This document shows positions 1 to 7,010 of a DNA stretch of 15,288 nucleotides, in pieces; positions within the stretch are counted from its first letter, which is position 1; every line of letters begins with the position of its first letter. Below the pieces are notes generated by a model. It ran no database searches. It had not been told where the DNA came from and saw nothing but the letters and a program-made list of their open reading frames with translations. Position numbers and translations under genes: made by a program. Source of the DNA: a candidate division WOR-3 bacterium (GTDB lineage Bacteria; Hydrothermota; Tepidihabitantia; Tepidihabitantales; JAOUPE01); NCBI GenBank assembly GCA_039801565.1, contig JBDRUX010000059.1, forward strand, positions 1-15,288, read 5' to 3'.

Positions 1-1
1 A

Positions 2-100
2 TGGGCGTGTCAGGGTTCTTATCTGGACATGAAAGAATTAGAAGAATGGGATCGAAAAAACGGTATTTCCGATACCGAAAAATCAACTATTGGAGTATGA
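2..100 (+). CDS. C-terminal 32 aa of a putative IS256-family transposase (5'-partial)
   Basis: Open from base 2 to TGA at 98..100: WACQGSYLDMKELEEWDRKNGISDTEKSTIGV*. Not in the ORF track (short, no start). Confidence 0.55.
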   Translation, partial: WACQGSYLDMKELEEWDRKNGISDTEKSTIGV

Positions 101-126
101 AATTGCAGACAATTTGTTACTTGACC
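101..126 (-). repeat. Putative right terminal inverted repeat of the IS256-family element
   Basis: Reverse complement GGTCAAGTAACAAATTGTCTGCAATT begins NGTCAAGT like the IS256 right IR as I recall it, and abuts the transposase stop codon. The partner IR is not visible. Confidence 0.55.
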
Positions 127-329
127 TTCAGAAATTGATTGTAATGTAAATATGAAAACTAATAAGAAGGGTGGTGATATAAGTGCCTGTCAGGTCTACT
201 GTTAGACGAATGAAGAAGTTCGAGTAAAATATGCCCCAGAAACGATTAAGCAAGCGATTGAAAAGCAAAGGCAGAGTATCATTGGCCAGCAGACCGCCAA
301 CAAATCCGAGTTATGAGAGATTGAATTGA

Positions 330-363
330 TTTTGGTTGTTGGACCAAAAACCAATAACCAAAA
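330..363. terminator. 13-bp stem-loop, possible intrinsic terminator
   Basis: TTTTGGTTGTTGG (330..342) pairs with CCAATAACCAAAA (351..363) with one G-U and an 8-nt loop. It has no clean downstream U-tract on +; the minus-strand stem ends in A, so function is uncertain. Confidence 0.35.
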
Positions 364-555
364 ATAAACTTTGTGGTCTCTGATTATCATTTTAAATAAT
401 TATTAACCAAATGCTTCTTTTGTCAGTGAAGCAATATTTAACGAGACGGTTTTACCTTTAAAACGCGATACCTTCCTCTTCTTTAAGATTTGAAAAGTGT
501 TTGCTATTTAATCAAACTGATTTATTTTGTTCAAAAAAGTCTGGCATTTTTATTG

Positions 556-583
556 TTGACAGCCGGTTAATTTTTGTTATACT
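556..583 (+). promoter_or_regulatory. Sigma70-type promoter P1 for the rho operon
   Basis: TTGACA (556..561), 16-bp spacer, TATACT (578..583), extended -10 TG at 575..576. Confidence 0.7.
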
Positions 584-618
584 TAAATTACTCAAAATTA
601 ATTTGACAAGAAAACGTC

Positions 619-646
619 TTGACGAAGCGGATACGTTGGATACAAT
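619..646 (+). promoter_or_regulatory. Sigma70-type promoter P2 for the rho operon
   Basis: TTGACG (619..624), 16-bp spacer, TACAAT (641..646). Confidence 0.5.
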
Positions 647-660
647 ATAATTAAACTGAT

Positions 661-700
661 GGTTTTTCCTTGGCTGGGTTTAAACCCTGTCCGAAAAACT
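661..700 (+). promoter_or_regulatory. Structured rho 5' leader hairpin
   Basis: GTTTTTC (662..668) pairs with GAAAAAC (693..699) and GG (672..673) with CC (691..692), capped by the perfect palindrome GGGTTTAAACCC (676..687). Confidence 0.4.
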
Positions 701-756
701 CAAGGTTAAATAACAAGAATGAAAACCTATCTTCGCAATAGCAAAAAGGAGTAAAA

Positions 757-2013
757 ATGGAAGCCGAAGAACTAAAGAGAAAGAAACTATCCGAACTTTA
801 TGAAATAGCCAAGTCGTTAGGAATTGAAGATTATTCGGAAAAGAAGAAGCAAGACTTAGTCTTATCAATCTTAGAGGCAGAGACGAAACAGAAAGAGGAT
901 GGTCAGATGCCGGTGACCGGTGTCTTGGAGGTTTTGGAAGACGGTTTCGGTTTCTTACGCTCACCTGACTACAGTTACCTGCCGAGTTCAGATGATATTT
1001 ATGTTTCACCAGCGCAAATTAAAAAGTTTAATTTGCGTACCGGTGATACCATTGTTGGTGTAGCCCGACCCCCCAAGAACACCGAACGTTATTTCGCTTT
1101 GCTACGAATTGATTCGGTTAATTCGCTGCCGGTGGAGTCAATTCGTGACCGAATTCCGTTCGATGAACTGATTCCGCTTTATCCCCAACAGCGGATTAAT
1201 TTAGAAGTGCCCGATAAAAATGACCTTTCGATGCGGGTGACCAACCTTTTTGTCCCGATTGGTAAAGGACAACGGGGATTAATTGTCTCACCACCCCGGG
1301 CGGGTAAGACAATCTTTTTGCAAAAGATTGCTAATAGTATCACTGCCAATCATCCCGAAATTACCTTGATTATTCTTTTGATTGACGAACGACCCGAAGA
1401 AGTTACCGATATGGAACGGTCGGTTAAAGCCGAAGTAATCAGTTCGACCTTTGATGAAGTACCCGAGCGCCATGTTCAAGTCGCTGATATTGTCTTAGAG
1501 AAAGCCAAACGTTTGGTGGAAGCAAAACACGATGTGGTAATTCTTTTAGATAGTATCACCCGCTTGGCACGGGCTCATAATTTAGTTGTGCCCCATTCCG
1601 GACGAACCCTCTCGGGTGGTTTGGATTCAAATGCCTTACAGAAACCTAAGAAATTCTTTGGTTCGGCGCGTTGTATCGAAGAAGGTGGGAGTTTGACCAT
1701 TATCGCTACTGCCTTGGTTGATACTGGTAGTCGAATGGATGAGGTCATTTTTGAGGAATTTAAAGGAACCGGTAATATGGAACTGGTCTTAGACCGTAAA
1801 CTGGCTGACCGGCGCATCTTCCCAGCGATTGATTTACAAAAATCTGGAACCCGTAAGGAAGAGTTATTACTTTCCGAATTTGAATTGAACCGAATTTGGA
1901 TTTTACGCAAACTTTTAGCCGATTTAAATCCAGTGGAGATGATGGAGTTCGTCTTGGATAAGATGCGGTTAACTCGAAACAATCAAGAGTTTTTAGAAAG
2001 TATGAGTGAATAG
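757..2013 (+). CDS. rho: Transcription termination factor Rho (418 aa)
   Basis: RNA-binding motifs DGFGFLR and DIYVSP, P-loop [58 protein letters not shown] at 747..751. Confidence 0.99.
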   Translation: MEAEELKRKKLSELYEIAKSLGIEDYSEKKKQDLVLSILEAETKQKEDGQMPVTGVLEVLEDGFGFLRSPDYSYLPSSDDIYVSPAQIKKFNLRTGDTIVGVARPPKNTERYFALLRIDSVNSLPVESIRDRIPFDELIPLYPQQRINLEVPDKNDLSMRVTNLFVPIGKGQRGLIVSPPRAGKTIFLQKIANSITANHPEITLIILLIDERPEEVTDMERSVKAEVISSTFDEVPERHVQVADIVLEKAKRLVEAKHDVVILLDSITRLARAHNLVVPHSGRTLSGGLDSNALQKPKKFFGSARCIEEGGSLTIIATALVDTGSRMDEVIFEEFKGTGNMELVLDRKLADRRIFPAIDLQKSGTRKEELLLSEFELNRIWILRKLLADLNPVEMMEFVLDKMRLTRNNQEFLESMSE

Positions 2014-2021
2014 GAGTAATG

Positions 2022-2243
2022 ATGAAACCAGGCATCCATCCCAAATATGTGGATTGTGTGATTACTTGTGCTTGCGGTAATAAGATTGAGACGCGTTCGA
2101 CTAAACCGAAAATTTCAGTTGAAATTTGTTCGAAATGTCATCCTTTCTTTACCGGCAAGCAAAAGATTGTTGATACTGCAGGAAGGGTTGAAAAATTCCG
2201 ACGGCGCTACCGGAAAATTGAACCAAAAGCCGGGGATAATTAA
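2022..2243 (+). CDS. rpmE: 50S ribosomal protein L31, zinc-binding (C+) type (73 aa)
   Basis: MKPGIHPKY...CACG...[30 protein letters not shown] (2012..2016) overlaps the rho TAG. Spacing favours the ATG at 2022 over 2019. Confidence 0.98.
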   Translation: MKPGIHPKYVDCVITCACGNKIETRSTKPKISVEICSKCHPFFTGKQKIVDTAGRVEKFRRRYRKIEPKAGDN

Positions 2244-2258
2244 AGAATAAAAGAACAG

Positions 2259-3366
2259 ATGGATTTTACGCCCCGAATCAAAGAATTATCCCAACGAATT
2301 ACATCGTTAAAGGAGTTTCTTTGATTTTTCCGAAAAAACTACAGAACTGGACACCTTAGAGAAAAAAGTTGCCGAGCCTAATTTCTGGCAGGACCCGAAC
2401 CACGCCAAAGAGACTTTAACCCGCATCAATAATCTAAAGTCAATAATCGAACCTATCAACCAATTGGCAAAAGAGTTAGCCGAGACCGAGGAATTTCAAG
2501 CCCTTTTCGCTTCCGAACCTGAGGCAGAAGCAGAAATAAATAGCCGACTTGATAAAATCGAGCAGGAAATCGAAGCGATAGAAAAGAAAGGATTGTTCCA
2601 AAATCCTTGCGACCAAAAATCGGCAATCCTGACAATTCATCCTGGAGCCGGTGGCACGGAGTCTTGCGACTGGGCAGCAATGCTTTTACGAATGTATTTA
2701 AAATACTTTGAGCGAAAAGGTCTAAGTTATCGAGTACTGGATTTGGAGCCAAATGAAGAGGCTGGCATCAAAGACGCGGTTGTTGAGGTGACTGGAGAAA
2801 ATGCCTATGGTCTGTTAAAAGCCGAGACTGGTGTCCATCGTTTGGTTCGCATCTCACCCTTTGATGCTAATAAAAGACGCCACACTTCTTTCACTGCGGT
2901 CTTTGTCTATCCTGAAATGGAAGAGATTGAAGTGAAGATTGACCCAAAGGATTTAAAGATTGATACCTTCCGGGCGGGTGGTCATGGTGGTCAGAATGTG
3001 AATAAAGTCTCATCCGCAGTTCGAATCACCCATATCCCAACTGGTATTGTTGTCACTTGTCAAAATGAACGGTCACAATTCCAAAATAAACAGAACGCAA
3101 TGAAGGTCTTGCGGGCACGCCTTTACGATTATTATCAAAAGGAGAAGGATAAAGAGATTGAGAAATTGGAAGCGACGAAAACCGATATCGCTTGGGGGCA
3201 TCAGATTCGCTCCTATGTCTTATTTCCTTATCAATTGGTGAAGGACCATCGGACGAATTACGAAACATCGGATGTGCAGGGTGTCTTGGATGGCGACTTG
3301 GATAATTTTATCTATGCTTATCTCAAAAGCTTAAAACCTACCAACCAAAAGTCGGGGCCGAAATAA
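2259..3366 (+). CDS. prfB: Peptide chain release factor 2, join(2259..2321,2323..3366) via +1 programmed frameshift (368 aa)
   Basis: ORF1 MDFTPRIKELSQRITSLKEFL ends CTT TGA. The +1 frame continues DFSEKTTELDTLEKKVAEPNFWQDP... in frame with the 2464..3366 ORF, which has GAGGTES, the RF2 SPF motif (RISPFD) and GGQ (GGHGGQNVNK). Confidence 0.97.
2310..2325 (+). other. RF2 autoregulatory +1 frameshift site
   Basis: AAGGAG-TTT-CTT-TGA-T: internal Shine-Dalgarno 3 nt upstream of the slippery CTT-T and in-frame TGA (2322..2324). Confidence 0.95.
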
Positions 3367-3384
3367 ATTTTAACCAATAAAATC

Positions 3385-4278
3385 GTGCAAGGCTATCGTC
3401 GTTTTTTATTACCTGAAGTGATTTGTAAACTGCGCCGGATTGACTTAAAGGCGCGTTTGGTTGTGGAAGGTTTTCTAACCGGATTGCATCGCAGTCCCTT
3501 CAAGGGTTTTTCGGTCGAATTTGCCGACTATCGTCAATATATGCCTGGTGACGAATTGAAGCGGATTGATTGGAAGGTCTATGCTAAAACCGACCGATTT
3601 TATATTCGAGAATACGAAGAAGAAACCAATTTGCGGGCTTATCTTTTGTTAGATACCTCAGGCTCAATGAGTTATACTTCGGATAAGATCTCAAAATTAG
3701 AATATGCCTCTTATTTAGCAGCCAGTTTGGCCTATTTATTATTAAGACAAAAGGACAGTGTTGCCTTGGTGCAGTTTGCGACTAAGATTGAAAAGTATAT
3801 TCCACCCCGGCAGAGTGGGGCACACCTTTCGGTGCTTTTGCACACCTTGGATAAAATCAAACCCGGTGGCGAGACCGATTTGGCACAAACTTTTCATCAA
3901 TTAGCCGAAAAGATCCGGCGTCGGGGCTTAGTCATTATTCTTTCCGATTTATTTGATGTTAAAGAGAAAGTATTAAAGGCACTGCGCCATTTTCGGCATC
4001 GTAAACACGAAGTCTTGGTCTTTCAAATTCTTGACCGTAATGAAATTGATTTCAGATTTAATGCGCCATTAGTGTTAAAAGACTTAGAGACGGCAAAAGA
4101 ATTAACATGCGACCCACGGCCGATTCGAAAAGAATATCAAAAGGCATTTGATGAATTTTTTACCGATTTTCGGCGTCGATGCCGTGAGAGTCAGATTGAT
4201 TATCATTTAATCACAACTGATATGCCGTTTGATCGCGCCCTTTTTGCCTATTTAGAAAAAAGGAAACGATTGGGTTAA
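3385..4278 (+). CDS. DUF58 domain protein with vWA/MIDAS motif (MoxR-associated type, 297 aa)
   Basis: G.HRSP.KG.SVEFADYRQY.PGD....IDWK..A signature, then LLLDTSGSM (DxSxS), GGETD and IILSDLFD. GTG start. Confidence 0.92.
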   Translation: MQGYRRFLLPEVICKLRRIDLKARLVVEGFLTGLHRSPFKGFSVEFADYRQYMPGDELKRIDWKVYAKTDRFYIREYEEETNLRAYLLLDTSGSMSYTSDKISKLEYASYLAASLAYLLLRQKDSVALVQFATKIEKYIPPRQSGAHLSVLLHTLDKIKPGGETDLAQTFHQLAEKIRRRGLVIILSDLFDVKEKVLKALRHFRHRKHEVLVFQILDRNEIDFRFNAPLVLKDLETAKELTCDPRPIRKEYQKAFDEFFTDFRRRCRESQIDYHLITTDMPFDRALFAYLEKRKRLG

Positions 4279-4284
4279 AGAACG

Positions 4285-6186
4285 GTGTCCTTTCTTTATC
4301 CTCAATTCCTCTGGTTATTAAGTTTAGCTTCGGTCCCGGTCATCTTACATCTTTTATCCCGAATTCGGCTGAAACGGGTAGATTTCTCAGCGCTTTATTT
4401 CTTAAAAGATACCAAACGGGAACGGTTCAGTTGGTTTAAATTAAAAGAGATTTTGCTTTTAGTGTCTCGAACTTTGATTGTAGCATTTTTATTTTTAGCA
4501 CTGGCACGCCCCAATTGTCATAAAAGATTTTTGCCGTTAAAAAAGCAGGCACAGCGGGCAATCATAATTGATGACTCTTACAGTATGGGATATGGCCATC
4601 AATTTGAACAAGCCAAGCACACCGCGAAAAGAATTTTATCGGATTTAAGTTGGGGGAGCGAAGTGACGATTTTGACCACTTCCCAAAGTCAAGGCTCTTA
4701 TAAAGGGAAAAATTTAAAATTGGCAAGTAACTTTATTGACTCACTTTCAGTTTCCTATTTTGGTTCGGATTTAGAAAATAGTTTAATCCAAGCCCAAGCC
4801 GATTTAGCCGAAACCCAATTAGCTTTGAGAGAGATTTTCATTATTAGCGATTTGCAAAAAAGGGCATTTTTACCGATTTTGCAAAACTTCCAATTGAAAT
4901 TTCCAACTTATGTAATTGATATTGGTCAAAATCAAACAAATTGTGCAGTTACTACAATCTTTTTTTCCGAGCAGTTTCCCCAAGCAACCCGACCGGCAAA
5001 AGTTGGAACAAAAATTAAAAATTACAGTGAAAACGAAATTATTCAAAAGGTAACTCTTAATCTTAATGATAAGATTGAGACTAAGCAAATTAAAATTGCT
5101 AAAAAAGAAGAAAAGACGTTATGGTTTGACACTGAGATTGGAGCAAGCGGCAACTATTTTGGCTCGGTTCGAATTGAGCCGGACTCGTTGCCGATTGATG
5201 ACCAACGCTATTTTGTTTTGGCGGTCCCAGAAAAGATACCGGTATTGTTAGTCTATTCCCAAATTCCGGAAATCTATTATTTACAGCGAGCATTAAGCCC
5301 AACCGAGGATAATACTTTTAATGTTATTGTGACGGATGAGAAAGGATTTCGCCAAAAGAATTTAAATCATTTTGCCGTTGTTGGTATCATTAATCCGGTT
5401 AATTTTACTCGTACCGACTGGCAACGACTCGATTACTATAAACAAAAAGGCGGCAAAGTTTTTATTGCCTTGGGGGGAGAACCAAAAGATAGGACCGGAT
5501 TAGAACCTTTTATTGATTATGAAATACAATTGGCAGTCACTGGATTCGTATCAATCGAAATGATTCAATCCGACCACCCGATATTTGAAATCTTTAGTGG
5601 CATTGATTTGAGTCGAGCTAAGTTCTTTCGGTGGTCGAAAGTAAATCCAAAACGGGCTAAAATTCTCGCTCGTTTTTCGGATGGGAGTCCATTCCTTTTA
5701 GAGAGTAATGACCATAATTGTATTATCGCGACAACAAATTTTGACCTTATAGCGACTGATTTGGTCTTCAAGCCTATTTTTTTGCCATTAATTCAAAGAA
5801 TCTTTTTTTATTTAGCAAGGGGCGATTTTAAAACCGAATACGAAGTTGGTAGCACAATTACCACAGAAATCCAACCCCCAGGCCTTGTTAGTATAAAAAC
5901 ACCAAAAGAGACATACTCGATTATGCCCGAGATAATTGGTGAAAGAAAAGTAGTAAGGTTGGAAAGAATAAATGAACCGGGGATTTATCAAATTGGTGAG
6001 AAGATTTTTGCGGTTAATGTTAATTATCAAGAATCAGACTTGCAACGAGTCAATGCCAAAGAATTGGCAAAAGCCGGATTTAAATTTTTAAGCAGCACGG
6101 CCAGCGCGGTGACGGACTTGAGTAACTTATTTATCATTATAACCTTTTTGGCATTAACTGTTGAAATGTTACTTTTAATCCTTTAG
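4285..6186 (+). CDS. BatA-type N-terminal double-transmembrane, vWA domain membrane protein (633 aa)
   Basis: MSFLYPQFLWLL...PVILHLL.R......FS, then LLL..R.L...FLFLALARP (BatA N-terminus); IIIDDSYSM (DxSxS), IISDLQ, D.LP.DD.RY, FAVN....ESDL; hydrophobic C-terminal helix. Confidence 0.88.
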   Translation: MSFLYPQFLWLLSLASVPVILHLLSRIRLKRVDFSALYFLKDTKRERFSWFKLKEILLLVSRTLIVAFLFLALARPNCHKRFLPLKKQAQRAIIIDDSYSMGYGHQFEQAKHTAKRILSDLSWGSEVTILTTSQSQGSYKGKNLKLASNFIDSLSVSYFGSDLENSLIQAQADLAETQLALREIFIISDLQKRAFLPILQNFQLKFPTYVIDIGQNQTNCAVTTIFFSEQFPQATRPAKVGTKIKNYSENEIIQKVTLNLNDKIETKQIKIAKKEEKTLWFDTEIGASGNYFGSVRIEPDSLPIDDQRYFVLAVPEKIPVLLVYSQIPEIYYLQRALSPTEDNTFNVIVTDEKGFRQKNLNHFAVVGIINPVNFTRTDWQRLDYYKQKGGKVFIALGGEPKDRTGLEPFIDYEIQLAVTGFVSIEMIQSDHPIFEIFSGIDLSRAKFFRWSKVNPKRAKILARFSDGSPFLLESNDHNCIIATTNFDLIATDLVFKPIFLPLIQRIFFYLARGDFKTEYEVGSTITTEIQPPGLVSIKTPKETYSIMPEIIGERKVVRLERINEPGIYQIGEKIFAVNVNYQESDLQRVNAKELAKAGFKFLSSTASAVTDLSNLFIIITFLALTVEMLLLIL

Positions 6187-6207
6187 GACAGTAAGTCAAA
6201 GATTTTC

Positions 6208-6235
6208 TTGATTTTTGGTAATTTTTTGCTATAAT
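6208..6235 (+). promoter_or_regulatory. Sigma70-type promoter, extended -10, probably giving a leaderless mRNA
   Basis: TTGATT (6208..6213), 16-bp spacer, TG-C-TATAAT (-10 at 6230..6235). The ATG at 6243 follows after only 7 nt. Confidence 0.7.
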
Positions 6236-6242
6236 TAAAAAT

Positions 6243-6767
6243 ATGGCTAAATTCCTTAGTTTTTTTATTTTGGGTGTAAATTTACTTTTGGCTCAGGTTG
6301 CGAACGAAACAATCCCGAAGGTTATCGAACCAAAACTCTTGGTTGATGATGGTGAAAGTGTGATGGCAAGTTATGGTGACGCCAATTTAATAATGACCAA
6401 TAAATATTTTAAGTTGAAGGAACGTTTAAACTCACGACGTTGGCAAGGCTACCAGGGAAATATAAAAATTTCCGAATCACGATTTTTTGAAGTTGCTGGC
6501 TTTAATCAAGAGGCAAAGATGGCCGGTCGATACCAAACAGTCCGTCGAAGTGTATTTTGGAGTGGTACCGGAATGATTGTTTTAGGTGGATTGATAACCA
6601 CTGTCGAAGTGGTAAGACAGGGTAACAGTTGGCATTTTCCACCGGTTGGGATTGGGCTTTTAGTTACCGGAATTGGTCTGGAGGCGCTTTGGTATTTTGC
6701 CCCACCCAATAACTATTCTTTAGCTAAAGCCCTCGCCGCAGCTGATAAATACAATCAAGGTCGTTAG
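6243..6767 (+). CDS. Hypothetical exported/membrane protein (174 aa)
   Basis: Signal-peptide-like N-terminus (MAKFLSFFILGVNLLLA) and two Gly-rich hydrophobic segments (VFWSGTGMIVLGGLITTV; VGIGLLVTGIGLEALWYFA). Has its own promoter candidate. Confidence 0.8.
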   Translation: MAKFLSFFILGVNLLLAQVANETIPKVIEPKLLVDDGESVMASYGDANLIMTNKYFKLKERLNSRRWQGYQGNIKISESRFFEVAGFNQEAKMAGRYQTVRRSVFWSGTGMIVLGGLITTVEVVRQGNSWHFPPVGIGLLVTGIGLEALWYFAPPNNYSLAKALAAADKYNQGR

Positions 6768-6839
6768 GATTTTATTAATTATTAAAAACTTAGGTTAATT
6801 GGTCAAGTTTTTTTCTTGGCAATTGGATTTAATTCGCTA

Positions 6840-6867
6840 TTGACAAAAATAAAAATTATTCTATACT
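6840..6867 (+). promoter_or_regulatory. Sigma70-type promoter, distal, upstream of ispA
   Basis: TTGACA (6840..6845), 16-bp spacer, TATACT (6862..6867). Confidence 0.65.
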
Positions 6868-6969
6868 GAAAGTCAATCTAAAAGAAATGATTACTGATTT
6901 TGTTAATTTTAAAAAAAATCTAAGTTGCCATTTGATAACGGAGGTCCTATCACGCTTTAAAGTCCTGAA

Positions 6970-6997
6970 TTGACACAAAGTTTAAAACTTTTATACT
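6970..6997 (+). promoter_or_regulatory. Sigma70-type promoter, proximal, upstream of ispA
   Basis: TTGACA (6970..6975), 16-bp spacer, TATACT (6992..6997), 13 nt before the ATG at 7011. Confidence 0.7.
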
Positions 6998-7010
6998 TTC
7001 ATTGCTTATT

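Larger units (their letters stand above)
1..126 (+). mobile_element. Right end of a probable IS256-family insertion sequence (truncated by window start)
   Basis: Frame 2 reads WACQGSYLDMKELEEW..., resembling the W-x(4-5)-YL[D/S/N]M C-terminus I recall for IS256-family transposases. It is followed directly by a 26-bp segment ending ACTTGACC, like the IS256 right end. The left end and catalytic core are outside the window. Confidence 0.6.

Noticed and set aside
203..205. In-frame TAG as pyrrolysine or recoded stop
   Set aside because: TAG terminates rho, the BatA gene and the 6243 gene normally, and no pyl genes are visible.
194..344. Integron attC-like cores: GTTAGAC (201..207), GTTGGAC (338..344), CGCCAAC (295..301)
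   Set aside because: The 295..344 unit is only 50 bp, the inverse core is not RYYYAAC, bottom-strand pairing is poor, and there is no integrase or second repeat.
202..390. 62-aa minus-strand ORF
   Set aside because: No RBS or recognisable motif, and it runs through the 330..363 hairpin; probably spurious.
412..464. Two 6-bp hairpins (412..433, 449..464)
   Set aside because: Short stems expected by chance in AT-rich DNA; no recognisable ncRNA motif.
603..608. Extra TTGACA upstream of rho
   Set aside because: No TAnnnT -10 at a 16-18 bp spacing.
2464..3366. prfB as a 300-aa protein starting at TTG 2464, or as a pseudogene
   Set aside because: Explained by the programmed +1 frameshift from ATG 2259.
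6171..6806. Antisense promoters from minus-strand TTGACT (6194..6199) and TTGACC (6801..6806)
   Set aside because: The matching -10 hexamers (TAAAAG; TAATAA or AATAAT) lack a full TAnnnT consensus.
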